Source: Zootoca vivipara
Lineage: Eukaryota
NCBI RefSeq assembly: GCF_963506605.1
Contig: NC_083279.1
Coordinates: forward strand, 62,744,001 to 62,808,000
Length of the DNA: 64,000 bases
Direction: 5' to 3'
This document shows positions 10,399 to 23,521 of this stretch, one piece after another (position 1 is the first letter of the stretch; the number at the start of each line of letters is the position of its first letter). The translations under genes were made by a program, and so were the position numbers. The notes under the pieces are model-generated. The model ran no database searches. It had not been told where the DNA came from and saw only the letters and a program-made list of their open reading frames with translations.

Positions 10399-13300
10399 AT
10401 GCTATTTTTATGTTGGAACATCGCAGGATGGAGAGGGAAGAAATTCGATCCTGACTTCTTGAAATTTATAAACTCATTTCAGATAATCCTCCTCCAAGAA
10501 ACCTGGGAAGAGGAGGCGATTGAGATAAATGGTTACGATCTTATTTCACTTCCAGCATGCCCCTCTCCCAAAGGTGGACGTTCTAGAGGGGGCCTGACGA
10601 TAGCCATCTCCCTCAAACTACAGGCAAAACTCACGCTTGTAAAATCATTTCCTCCCTACGCTATCACAGGCTTGATTTCAGGAGGAAAATTTGAGTTACT
10701 GATTACAAATGTTTACTTCCCCCCTGGGGGCCAACTGTCAGATCTCCATCTTAAATGGGAAACCCTCGAGGATCATTTATCTTCCTGTTACACCAAGTAC
10801 CCGAACGTCCCCTCATTATTGGGTGGTGACTTTAATGCTCGTACAGGTGCAAATTGGGAGGCTCTAACCAAGGACAAGTGGTGGGTTCCCTCTGGCCACC
10901 AAAACCTGGACCTATTTCCACTTGCACAGAGACTATCGAAAGATGATAGAGTGAACAAAGCGGGTGTTCTTCTGTATCAACTAATAATCCGTCTAAACCT
11001 AATTATTTTAAATGGTAATTGTCCCCCTGATATTCCTGGCGAATTCACCCATTTGAGTACAATCTCAAACAGTGTTCTCGATTACTTAATAGTCTCTAGG
11101 GATTTATTCTCAAATTTAAAATAGAAAATGTTCAGCTAAGCGACCACCTCCCCTTGGTTGCCAAACTCTCCTTGGATTGGCAGCCGGTTGAGACTATGCA
11201 TCCCACACATTTGGGAATAAATGCTGTCGCCCAAGTGAGAGGAATAAAATGGTCCGTAGTCCAGGCCCAAAAATATATGGAATTCTTCCAAAAAGAAATA
11301 GTTAAAATTGATATCGTTCCCACGTTAGACTCATCTGAATATAACAATACTTTGAATTTATTTTCCTCATTCATGGAAGATTTTACGTCCTTTTTTACAG
11401 TACCAGCACATCGGGTAAATCGGATTCATTTTAAGGCTGGTGCTCCTTGGTTTAATCTACAATGTAAGCAGGCTAGATCTTACCTTTGTGCCATTTATAA
11501 TGATTACAAGTCATCTGGTGCTTTAGTATTGCCTCCGAATTATCAGCAAGCAAAAACTGCATATAAGCAGGTACAGAAAATTGCCAAATATGAGTGGCAA
11601 AAAAATCGATGGCAGGCGCTAATTGCTGCCTCCCGATCTCAAAGTTCACGGGAATTCTGGCATCTGGTTAATAGAAGATCAAAGAAGTACCCTTTGACAG
11701 TTATCCCTGCCCCGGTTTGGGAATTATTTCTAAAGAAATATTTTTCGTTGACAGAACCTTCTACTCATTCTTCTGATGATTTAATCAAGCACCTACCCAT
11801 CTGGCCAAATACTGAACCGGATGAAATTTTAGACTTAATCTCCAAACTAAAAACTGGTAAAGCCCCCGGGCCCGATCTGGTCCCAGCGGAGGCCATAAAA
11901 CTTCACCCTGCCTGGTGGGCAAAAATTCTTGCTGTTATTTTCGATGCTATAAATGCCACTGGTCTCGTACCAAAAACGTGGAAGGATGCCATCATAGTCC
12001 CAATCTATAAAAAAGGTTCCCCAGACGATCCGGGGAACTACAGAAATATCAGTCTTTTGTCAATTATTGGGAAAATATATGCACGTTTTCTTTTAACCAG
12101 ACTTGTTCAATGGTCCGATGAAAACCAGCTGATTGGCCCTGAACAAGCTGGATTTAGACCAAATCATTCAACTACGGACCATGCAATAGTTCTGTATCAT
12201 TTAGCTCGGAAATATTCATTCCCAACGCGAGGCCAGCTTTGTGCGGCCTTCATAGATCTAAAGGCCGCGTTTGATAGTATACCTAGAAGGTTATTATGGG
12301 AAAAACTGGCACGCTGGGGCATAGATGGAAGGCTACTGTGGCTGATGATTCAACTCCATGAAGGGTCGGCTGCCAGGGTGAGGATCACTCCTGCTGGTGA
12401 CCTTACAAATCCTGTATCTATCAATAGAGGAGTCAGACAGGGGTGTATTTTAGCCCCTTTCCTGTTTAATTTATTTATCAGTGACATGAGGGCACCCTTA
12501 GCCGAATCCCAACTAGTCATCCACGCCCCCCGCCTGGCAAATTATAGATGTCCATTGCTGTTATACGCGGATGATGCCGTGATTCTCTCTTTCTCGAGAG
12601 TCGGACTTAGGAGGGCCCTTAAAATTTTTGCTTCATATTGTAAATCAAATTTCCTTACTATAAATCAAGCCAAATCAAAGGTTTTAATTTTTTCAAGAAG
12701 TCGGAAAACCTATAAGTGGGAACTGGAGGGGAAACCCATTGAACAGGTTCACAAATTTCAATATCTGGGTGTCTACTTCCAGTACAACATGGGCTGGAAG
12801 GCACATATCGCATATACCCTAAATAAGGCCAAAGCTCTTTCGTTCGCACTGTTGCGCTTTTTCTTTTCTGACGGAGCTCTTCATGTCCCATCAGCCTTAA
12901 AGGTATATAATGCTAAAGTGATCGCGACAATGGCCTATGCTGCCCCGTTATGGGGGGCCTCTGTAAACCTGATGTCCTTGGAGATAGTCCAAAATCAATT
13001 TCTGAGACACCTATTAAAACTGCCCCAGTGTGTGAGCAATTCAGCCATTCGCTTAGAATTAAAAATCCCTTCTCTAGAAAACGCCCTATGGAGGCGTATT
13101 TTTTGTTATTGGTTGTCCTTGCGACACAGACTTTCAAAACTCTATCTTATCCAATGTCTCTGGCGAGACAAATTCGCTAGCCCATGGGCAGAGAAGATAC
13201 ATACAAAAATCGTGTCCTATGGACTGTCTCCATCGGACCTATTGAAACTAGATCTCGCCTCGGCCAAAAGAACACTTACGCAAAAACTAGATGAGTTTGA

Positions 13301-13742
13301 TCTCCAACAAAATGTCATAATGGGAAGTGGTACATGCTCACCGCTGAATCTTGGTATACGGCTTACACCGCAGATTCCATCTTATTTGTCATCTTTATCT
13401 GTTGCGGCCCACAGATTTGCTTTTACTAAAGCAAGATTTAACGTTTTTCCATCCAACGTTATGGGCAACAGGTTTACTAAAGGACAAATTTCAGCATTAT
13501 GTGCATGTGATAACAAAACTATAGAATCTCTCCATCATATATTATTCTGTTGTCCCTTGCACACGGACTCCCGGACCAGATTTCTACTTCCCTTAATAAC
13601 AGAAAGTTTGACTGAGAACTTGGAGTCTCAGTTAACATATCTGCTACAAGACAGCGACCCTAGCAGAACACTGCTAGTAGCAAGATATTTGGTTACAGTT
13701 CTCTCATACAAAAGGAAAAATGGTTTACTTCATGATTACTGA
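10399..13742 (+). pseudogene. LINE ORF2 (APE + RT), one frameshift near 11112
   Basis: WNIAG, LQETW, GGDFNAR, LDYLIV in the first frame; SDHLPL, KAPGPD, FIDLKAAFDSI, GVRQGCILAPFLF, LLYADD, YLGV in the shifted frame. Confidence 0.92.
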
Positions 13743-14246
13743 AAATCTGTTCTATTACCCGATTTATAGCGGAAACTTGTCGAAACAAACGTACTGTTCC
13801 ATCTATTTTATCCAAGGAATTATTGCAAATTATATCTGTTTATATGTATTGAATTTTTAAGTCCTTTTTAAACTTTATTTACTCTTGCTTTATTTTATCC
13901 TGTCTTGCCCAGTGTTTTTTGTACATTGTGTTGCATAAGATTATATTGTGGGCCTTTGGCCGTAATAAAGATTTCATTTCATTTCATCAGTCCAATTGAA
14001 ATCATTATGGAAGAGCTCCAGCATACAAGCGATTATTGTGGAGGAACTCTATATGATTCCATTTGGCCATGTGGGGAGCTGCTCTACATGTTACTCTACT
14101 GTTTTGTGGAATGGCCACCACACAAAAACTGTTGCATGTAGCTTTTGGAAGGTCGCCGTTTCTGCATCCCTGAACTACACAAACACATTTAGTCCCACAC
14201 AGCTTTGCTCTTTAATAACAGACAACAATGACATAACTGTACCTAC

Positions 14247-14366
14247 CAGGATTGGGGGTACTGCCAACAAGGGCATCTGTGGTTTCACAGTGGTCTCCAT
14301 TAGGAGGACTCTTTGGTTCTTCACTGGAAATGGCAGACAGGGTTATCCCCTCATCCTTTTCATCTT
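14247..14366 (-). CDS. CD2-like gene A exon 5 (acidic cytoplasmic segment)
   Basis: ctttccaacag acceptor, GTAGGT donor, 120 nt, phase 1-1: EDEKDEGITLSAISSEEPKSPPNGDHCETTDALVGSTPNP. Confidence 0.7.
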
Positions 14367-15839
14367 CTGTTGGAAAGCATAATGAGAGACTGAAAGGGGG
14401 CAAATCAATTAATCAATTAATATGGGTGAGGTAGAGTTTCGGCTTTGTGGGTATTCCTTCACCAATGCTAATTGCTGTCTACTAAACTGTACCCGACCTC
14501 TCCATAAAACACCCAAATCACCCCCCAAAAAATTCCATGTACAATTGCATAGTTATTGTCTTCAAAGGTTGCCATGCTTCATAGAGCAAAATAGCAGGTG
14601 CCCTATTTTACATCAGAGGTGGCTAACCTGTGGCCCTCTACTGGGTGACATCTCATCCAAGAGAACATTGGCCAGGCAGGCCGAGGCTTTGGGGAGCTGA
14701 AGTTCAGCAACATCTGGAGGGTCACAGGAACCCCGCTTTCACCTGTGGGTTTGTTTAGGATTGAGGAATTGTTCACATGTAGCTAAACTGTTGATTATTT
14801 TTATGAGGATGACCCAGTAAAGGGCACTAAGAGAATAAGAATTATAGGCAAAGAGGAGAAGAAAACTACCAAAATGCATACAGTGAATAGTGGGTATAAG
14901 CAGTTTATTTCCAACTTGTATTAACTCTAGTTTAAGAAGGGCAAGGTCTCCAGGTGGTCTCCTGATGCCCCGTTGGAATAAGATCAGTAGGTCTGGGTTT
15001 TCCCCCATGTGGATTCTCCTAAACTTCAAGAGCAAATTGTGGAACAGGTGCCTCTTGTTCTGGTGATGCCAGAATTGAGTTCTTTCCAGAGGCCTAATCA
15101 TGCAAGGAAACCTAAAAAAAAGTGACACTTTGATGCCAACATTGCCATCATCGTGATTTGTGGTGCCTGTAGGCAAAACTTATCATGACGAAGCCTCTGT
15201 ATCCCTTCTGTTCCCATGGCATATTATGAGACCATTTCTAGTTGCAACAACTTATGCTAAGAGGAGTGTAAGAAGTTAGGGTGACGGATTTTGAAGAAAT
15301 ATCAGGTAGGCTTGATAAGAAATTTGGAAGATAGATCCCAGGTGCAGGGTCCCTTTCAACAGGTCTATGATTCTATGTGCCGAAGGAGCTGCATACCTAA
15401 AACATAGGTTAGGGATCATATGAATAAAATCATCTAAATGATCCTTGGTCCCTAAAACAAGAATGATGTAACCTTATGAGAAATATACCTTTGCAGAAAT
15501 GCAGTCAAGTGTAAAACCTGAGAGGCAGGCTGGGATGTGGGCAAAGGAGCCATGGAAAGCAAATATGAGCTTTATTCTGGCTGGTTGCAAAATCTGCCTA
15601 ACTTCAGAATTGTCACTTTTGTCACAGAGTGTAAACAACTGCAGTTATAGGAGGAGCTTAGATTCATCTATAATAACCTATTTTTTAAAAAAGAATGTAA
15701 CTGTGGTTACAGGCCTATGCATTGCTTACATGGGGAGTAAATGCGGCTGGACTTAGTAGATTTCACTTCTACGTAAACATGCAATAGGATTGCGCTTCAA
15801 AATGCAATGCAAAAAAGAAGAGGGAAAACTGCTACTCAC

Positions 15840-15977
15840 CCGCAGGCACTGGGGTGAAATGATGCTTGCTCTTCATGCAGCAGCATGTGATCAGTGAGGC
15901 AATAATGGCCAGAAGGAGAGCACCCCCTCCACACGCTACCATAATATACAGGAAGTGCGGGTGCTGCAGCAGATCTC
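15840..15977 (-). CDS. CD2-like gene A exon 4 (transmembrane)
   Basis: 138 nt, phase 1-1, AG/GTGAGT: RDLLQHPHFLYIMVACGGGALLLAIIASLITCCCMKSKHHFTPVPA; CGGG motif as in the CD2 TM. Confidence 0.88.
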
Positions 15978-17000
15978 CTGATTGAAAGAAACAAGGTTGT
16001 TCTTAAGCAGTAAAGAAACAGGAGCAACCTAAAGACAGGACTCAGGGTCACCACGATGTTAAAGGTGTCTTTGCCTATAATATGCAAGGTGTGTGGTTTT
16101 TTAATGCAAATAATGTTGGTGGGGAGAAGACCACTGTTAGTTATCAGAATCCTACCAGGCATGGAGAAGTTATGTAAGGATGCTTCTAGACTGCTACTAT
16201 GGGGGGGGGGGGCAAATTCAGGTTGCAGTCACACCCATATCATACATTTATAGCACATCTAAAGCATATGACTTCCCCACAAAGAATCCTGTGAATAGTA
16301 GTTTGTTAAGGGTGCTTTAAATCACTGGTCTTCGGCTGATGGGTTGGGACCCACTAGGTAATGAGCTACCCTTTGATCCTTCACACCTCATTTTACTTGA
16401 AATAAAATTTACTTACAAAAGAACATGATTCACTCTGCCTCCCACTTCACTTAGATCAAACTTAGGGGAAAAAAACCCACTTAAGGCTGGAAACATTCCA
16501 TTGATACATAATACAGTAATCCACTTTATAGCCTAGTATGCTTTGATTCCTTTTTATATTTTAGTTCCTAGGAATTGAAGCGGCTTTCAGTCACTAATAT
16601 CTACATTTATTACTATTAAAAAATATTCTTCTCCCCGCCACCACTGCTTTTGGAAACCAAAAGGTTCCTGGGCTCATTCTGAATTATGGAGTGCCAACAG
16701 GATTTTCCAGACCTGGTCCACTCAGTGTGGATTGCCTGCTGTGCCCCATCTATCTAGTTGCAACAGTACCGGCCCTTCCATTAGGCAACACAATTTGAGT
16801 ATCAACAAAGGGCAACAACTTATTAGTTATTTAATTTGTTGTCATTGTATTTTTACAAAGGACCGGGGTTCTGGGGTTTTCTGTCTCAGGTGACAGTATA
16901 ACTTGGATGGCCTTGGGGATTATGTACCTTGCCTTGGTAGGAATTCATGGCACCATTTTCCTGGTCAGCTGCAGACAGCAAAATGTGTTGTGCTGACCCA

Positions 17001-17205
17001 GATATCCTCTATGCTCCATGGCTGAGGGGGGGGGGGTTGAGCTTTGGGTCTTTTGTTCTGGACCTTCCTTTTTTTGAATTTATGGGTATGTTTTTTTACA
17101 TTTGTTATGTAAAAAACCATACCCATAAATTCAAAAAAAGGAAGGTCCAGAACAAAAGACCCAAAGCTCAACCCCCCCCCCCAGCCATGGAGCATAGAGG
17201 ATATC
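17001..17205. repeat. Near-perfect ~205-bp palindrome (fold-back element)
   Basis: ~100-bp arms, few mismatches, 5-nt loop (acat-ttgtt-atgt). Confidence 0.95.
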
Positions 17206-17947
17206 ATCATGAGATGCATAGAAACTTATTCAGACAGACATGTAGTGCCCATTTTAAACCTTCACCACATCAGGAGGCCACTGTTTGCTGATTCTTGCGG
17301 CTGCTGCTACACCTCTCAAATCTGTAAAGGTTGGAGAGTGCAGAAATAGTTCCCTGTGACTGAGGGGATTGAACTGCAAGGTTACTGCACCATAAATATC
17401 AAAGCCACGCACGACTGCTTGCAGTTAGCAGTCTGTGAGCAACCCATTGACTGCAATCCATTCAAAACATTCAGGGGGCAATAGGTATCCGATAAATTGC
17501 ATTCTTTGTTTGCTTGTTTTTATTTCAACTGCCTGGTCCAGGACACAGACATTAAAAAGCAAAATATATTGCCAAAATGATGAATGATTTACCCTAACTA
17601 TGAATGTCAGGTAAAGGAGATTTTATTGTGAGCTACTAATAATTCTGGTTATTTTGCAATGAATATCTAGGCAAGAATCACAAGATGGGGCCAAAATGGA
17701 AGCTGAGCCTTGGAGCATTCAGCTAATTATTCTGAGGACTGCTGTGTCAGATGTGGTGCTGGTAATAGAAAGATTATTGCATCAGTTTCAGATGTCTCTC
17801 AGTGATTTTTTAATGCTGACAGGCCTATCCTATGCTGTCTAAAATGTTCCTTCAGCAGCCAGTCATTTTAATGATTGCTTTGTATTGCTTTTATTTTTAT
17901 TTTACTTTTATTTTGTCATACACTGCCCTGATGCTTGTGAGATGGCA

Positions 17948-17999
<52 letters not shown>
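17948..17999. repeat. (TG)n microsatellite
   Basis: Directly visible. Confidence 0.95.
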
Positions 18000-18001
<2 letters not shown>

Positions 18002-18654
18002 TTCTGGGGTACATATTCAAATATGTTGTAAGATGTATTCAGACATGTTTTTCCCACTTTAACATTTTCATTAAGTTTTCCAATATACAGAGGAACAAGA
18101 AATAAATAAAAAAAAGTTTCCCCCCCCAAAAAAAACATCATGGCCTGCAAGAAAAAAATGAGAATGCTGTATGGAACAAAGTAAATAACAAACCATCATT
18201 TTCCAGAGGGCCTTTCACCAAAAGTCTTTAAAATAAGCATGGGGAAAAAAGGAAGAAATCCCCTCCCTTGTGTGTCTGTTAACTATTATCTATTAAGGTC
18301 CAGAAATTATATTTAATATCTGAAAGCTTTACAAAATCCCAATATTTGCGTATGTGGATGGGACCAAATGTCCATGTTCTTTCAGATTAGTGTATAATAT
18401 AAAGTCATTCCACATGGCAAAGTAATGGTCACTAGTGAATTGGCCTCCCATTAGCCCCAGTCAACATGGCCAAAAGTCAGGGGTGATGGAAGGAACTGTC
18501 CAACAATGTCTGGAGAGCACCCAGTAGGCAGGGAGCTGCTTCATGAATGAAGGGAAACGATTTTGTGTTGGTGAGTCAGAGAGACAGATCTGCTGATATA
18601 TAAATTCAAATAACACGTTGAAAACCCATAAGAAGAAGGTAAAATATAACTTAC

Positions 18655-18909
18655 GATCATTACCACCATTACATGACAGCTCAATGGAGGAGCTGCTACG
18701 AGAGTCTCTTCTATGGCAAGCCAGCTTTCCCTGTACCCCTTTCCCCAAAATAATGTTCTTGCCACCATCTTTCACACAAGCATCAAAATCATTTATTCTT
18801 CTCCCATTCCGAGTCCAGTAAACTCCATAATTGAATTGGCCATCTGCTTCACAGGACAAATTTGCTCTTCCATCAGGTAGACAATTGATATAAACAGCTG
18901 GAGGCTTCT
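18655..18909 (-). CDS. CD2-like gene A exon 3 (IgC2 domain)
   Basis: 255 nt, phase 1-1: EKPPAVYINC..ANLSCEA...VYWTRNG...GKLACH...IELSC; CD2/SLAM D2 four-Cys pattern plus one extra Cys. Confidence 0.9.
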
Positions 18910-20130
18910 CTAGGCAGTGGAACGAGAACAACAAAACAGAGAGAAAAACGTTACCATGACAGGACAGTGGGAACCATCATCTGAACCTTTCGTTGTTGTT
19001 TTTTTCATTTAATCCCCTATTACCTCCTTCAACTATATATAACATTCAATGGATCCTAATGGATTTTTCCTGCTGTTTGCCTCCTGAGAAATTGAAAACC
19101 CCTCATGGTCCTTGTAAACAGACCTGCTCCACTACTAAAATTTACCATCTTCTAAATTGGGATTCCAGTAATCTTCAAAAGCAAATCACATGGATTGCAG
19201 GTTCCTATTAACTTTGTTTTTAGGGGTACCAGCCCAAGGGCAGGCAATTAAGGTGCAATCCTGTATTGAAAATACAGTACAGGGGACAAGCACACTTATG
19301 TTACTTCAATACGTTGCCATGCCCATGTCAATCAAACTGCTTCACCAAACCATCAACTTAATGTTGACCATCAACTTCATCATGTCAGGAGCCACTAATG
19401 GTTGTGTGAAGTTGGTTCATATTAGCTCCAGTCCAAAGAACGTGAGCCCTCTTGTGACTTGTTGAAATCAAGCATACAGGGGAAAATATGGGGTGGTGAT
19501 TGTTGTTGCTGTTTTCCAGATCAGAAGAAATATATGGAAAATCTGAGTCACAATGTAGAAGCTGGGCAAAGGAATATTTCTGGCCAAAACATTCCCATAC
19601 AAAATGTGATTCTCGCAATTCAAGCATGCATTTGAAGTAATGAAGGAATTGGTGTTTCCTTCTTCCTCTTTGGCAAGTTGTATCTTTGCTATTTAAATCC
19701 CACTTACGTGTGTACCCAAAACACCATTGCCTTTGCTACATCAGTTGCAGTTCTGCCTGTTTGCCTTTGGGTGGCACTTAAGAGTAATGTACTTAAACAC
19801 TTGAATCATACATGCATACTTTTCTTATGGCACTTTCTTATGTTTTAACAAACTGATCCGAGAGCGAACCGTGTGCATTTATTACACTAACCAGAATAAA
19901 TTAGCTCCCTCCTTTAACCTGTTGTATACCAACCCGCATCTTTGAACGAAAACCAACACTCCCATTGATCAAACCCTGTTTAAAAGGGATATGGTAGTCC
20001 CAAGTCTACGATTGCAGCATGAATGTTGGAAAGAGCCTTTGCATCACCGTAGCTCCTTGTCTGTAAAGGGTTTACTTGTCTTCTGCAGCTGTTAAAAGCC
20101 AAGGATCCTCTGTCCATACAAGATGGAGAA

Positions 20131-20438
20131 CATACTCTCCAACATTCCTCAGATGAAAATAGGGACATTTCTCATTTACCCTCCTCAACATCCCATTTTT
20201 TGACACGCCCACCCTGGCAGAGATTTCCTATCAGAAGAAGGGCAACAGGGAGCCCATGGAGGGGCAATGGGATGCTCCCTCACTGGTGCTCGGGACAAGC
20301 ACCAGCTCCTCCTCCTCAAGCTTGAAGGTGGCAGCACTGACAGGGGAAATATGGACATTCTGGGATCAAATCAGAAGTCACGGTGGCTTTCTGAACTCCA
20401 TGACTATCCCTGGAAAATCTAGACACTTGGAGGGTATG
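20131..20438. mobile_element. Old hAT-type MITE
   Basis: TIRs catactctccaa...ttggagggtatg. Confidence 0.6.
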
Positions 20439-20494
20439 TGAGAACGTCAGAGTACTTGGGTTAAAGCAGACTGGGGGCCTTATTATTTGTGGCC

Positions 20495-20541
<47 letters not shown>

Positions 20542-20545
20542 TTAT
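20495..20545. repeat. (ATT)n microsatellite
   Basis: Directly visible. Confidence 0.95.
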
Positions 20546-21542
20546 TCACACAGTGAAATGAATTATCTGAAGCACTTGCAGCAAGCACAAATTAAAATTT
20601 GGCATGCCGCAAACCAGTTCACTTAAGGGAGATTTCTAATGCTGTGTCAAATCAGCAGGCCTGTTTGCTACATGCAGCGTCTGTCAGGTGGTGGTAGTTA
20701 TGAATGCCAGATGAGTGTGAGAGGTGATGCCCATTGGCCTCTAGAATAGTCTCCAACTGCCCCGAAAATGCCGGGACAGTCACGGAAACCCTTAAGCCAT
20801 CACAGCTTCTCACTTTGTCATGCCGAGTCCTGAATGAGCTACACTAACTGGAAATGGCTTCACGATGGGGGAAGCAAGAGGAAGAGAGAATTGCCAACTG
20901 AGTCACTTTCTCCTTCCCCCCCCCTCCTCTTCTGCTGCCATGCCCTTTGCTGCTGCTCCTGGGAGTCATAGAAAATGGAGTGGAGTAATAGAGAAAAGTC
21001 TTGTGCCAGGTCCAGGGGAGGGAGCCAGGTAGGTCGGCTGGCTAGCTGGTGGAGGAGCAGTAGCAGGAAGAGGAGGAAGGAGTGAGGCAATGGAGACAAC
21101 AACGGCAATGTCAAAAAAAAAGTCCCCCCCCCTCCCCAACAGTGATATTGAATAGAATACCTCATTTTATCTGAGGCATGTTGGAGGGTACGCTTTGGTC
21201 ATTAGGCTGTGACTCTCCAAGTATTGCTGGACTACAGCTGCCACCATACATGTTGCCTGGGACATGTTTATGGCCCTCCAACATAAGCTGGAGGGCCACA
21301 GGTTCCCCGCCTGTGTTTTAGGCTAAATGTCACTGAGTTTAAGCTTAAATTAAAGCCCACTTATTTGTAGATCACAAACTAAGGCTGCATGCTTCCTTGG
21401 AAAAAAAACTCCCATTGAACACTGGCATCTATTTTCTGAGTGAGTATGCTTAGGATCACACAGTCCGTTTGAAGCAGAACCAGCAATTAATCAACCTCTT
21501 AGATTTTGCCATTGTCGATTCCCAAATAAGGATGCTGACCGC

Positions 21543-22016
21543 AAGGAATGGATAGAATTTTGTCAATTTCAGTTTCTCTCAGCTACTCATTTTTCCCATC
21601 TTAAATTTAGTTCTCCATATTTTCACATCAGTTTGCCAACACTTTTCGAAAGGACCTCATGAAAATCCATTGGCATGTTGATACAAATTTCTCTTTTGGG
21701 TAAGAAATTTCTGCAAGCAATTTCCCCTGATATGCCAAGCAGTTTTGCAAAGCAATTTCCCTGAACACAAAGTAGTTTTGTATGTTGATTTCACTAAGAT
21801 ATGAATATATTCTGGTATATGGACTTTTGTGCATACATTACCTGGCTGAGGAACTGCTTTGCAAAATGAAAAGAAGTGCAGATTTTGAAGGATGGCTGTG
21901 TTTTGGTTCATGCATTGTTTCAGAAAGTGCAGATTCGGTATAAAATGCAAACAGGTATTAGATGTAAATGAAATCAGTTCCCATGAAAACTGATCCCAAT
22001 TTATCCCCCATCCCTA
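21543..22016. mobile_element. Old hAT-type element abutting the gene A exon 2 splice donor
   Basis: Terminus catcccta (TAGGGATG) at 22009-22016; degenerate TSD ctgaccgc/cttaccac; related inverted copy at ~62040-62360. Confidence 0.55.
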
Positions 22017-22021
22017 CTTAC

Positions 22022-22297
22022 CACACACTTTGAGCAAGAAAATTTCGCTATCATTTCCAAAAGCAAACGTATATTTCCCCTCGTCGTTTTCTGATAAATT
22101 CGTCATCTCTACAACCCCGTTCCTCAAGCACAGCCTTTTGTCACAATCATTGCAACAGTTCACCGTAAAATTCTCCGGCTCAGAACAGTTCGTTTCTTTC
22201 ATTACTTGGATGTCACTTAGATTTTTAATTTTCAAAGGGAAAGAAACATTGCCACCAGTGTCACCAAAAAGCCGTTTGAGGTTCATACAAGTCACAC
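22022..22297 (-). CDS. CD2-like gene A exon 2 (IgV-like domain)
   Basis: 276 nt, phase 1-1: GVTCMNLKRLFGDTGGNVSFPL...NGVVEMTNLSENDEGKYTFAF...FLLKVC; GxxGxxV and NLxxxDxGxY V-set motifs, no B-F disulfide. Confidence 0.88.
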
Positions 22298-22916
22298 CTG
22301 CAACAGTAATAAAAGATTTAAGTTGATTTTTTAAAAAGCAGTTTATAAACACTATTAAATAAATAAATACATATTGAAAAACGTAAGTCTAATCAAAGAG
22401 GTAACACTGTGGTCACAAACAGAAAAAGATGAGGAACCTCTCAGTTGAAGAAAACATCTGAGAACTGTATTCTTCATCCCCCCCCCCCCCTTTAGCTCAT
22501 AGCTTCATTTTATCTGAGTGAAAAGTCAGGGTGGGGGGGACGGAATCAACTTAATATTAGTTACTAAGATTGAAAGCCTTAATTCGTGAAACAGTGCAAT
22601 TCATACATTTATATGAGAACTGATCATTTCGAAGGGTACTTGCTGAGCAATTGCTGTAAATAAATGACCTAAATGTAGCTTTTAATTCAGGTAACATTTA
22701 ATATATTCTTGCAAGAAAGTATGCGGTTTGTCAGTTAAATAGTGTTGTTTTTCATGTAGCTTAAACTCTCACCCATAGTGTGTATGTATTTGAATTCATT
22801 ACTCATTGGCCTCAGAAAACATTCAATGATTTTATATGGTCCACAGATTTATACTGATTACACTATAGAATGTGTTTAGAAATGGAAATAATTACCACCT
22901 ACTTAGTTGTTTTTAA

Positions 22917-22917
22917 A

Positions 22918-22977
<60 letters not shown>

Positions 22978-22978
22978 A
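22917..22978. repeat. (AAAG)n microsatellite
   Basis: Directly visible. Confidence 0.95.
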
Positions 22979-23521
22979 TCTAAGCAGTGTTTGCAAAACT
23001 GGATGAATTCAGACTAGTTACTTTCCCTCGCTCCAATTCCCTGTCTCCAAAATTATGCACAGATATTGAAAATGACTTGGAGTATTGTTTTCAAAAGAAT
23101 TTTAAACTGGAAACCTATGTACATGGGACTTGGGCCCCTGAATGATTTTGGGGTGTTTTCATCTAGTATTCTAAATTATTTGCTCAAGGTCACACCGAGA
23201 GACAAGAAAAAAACCCTGGAATCATTGTGTTGACCACTACCCCTCACGGAAAGCCTCACAACCTCTTATTTCTCTTGCATTTACAAATGCAGTACATCAG
23301 GAGACACGGTTGCAATTAGCTTATGAGAAAATCTGTCTTACTTTGGAGTGACTGGCCATTTTCATGCTTTGGCGGTTATGACACCAGTATTTCCCTGAGT
23401 CCCGTAGACTAGCCTTCCTTTAAAGGAGAGGGGTGGCGGGGGTGAAATCTGAACGAAGAGGATAATTTCTGCTCACCTAGGCAAACCAATGCCAATTTGA
23501 TAAAAGAAAATTCCCACTTAC

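Larger units (their letters stand above)
8534..13987 (+). mobile_element. Near-full-length two-ORF non-LTR retrotransposon (RTE-X-like)
   Basis: ORF1 plus APE endonuclease and RT, C-terminal CxC..E..H....C knuckle, 3' AATAAA followed by (ATTTC)n tail; 5' end lies in the gap. Confidence 0.9.
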
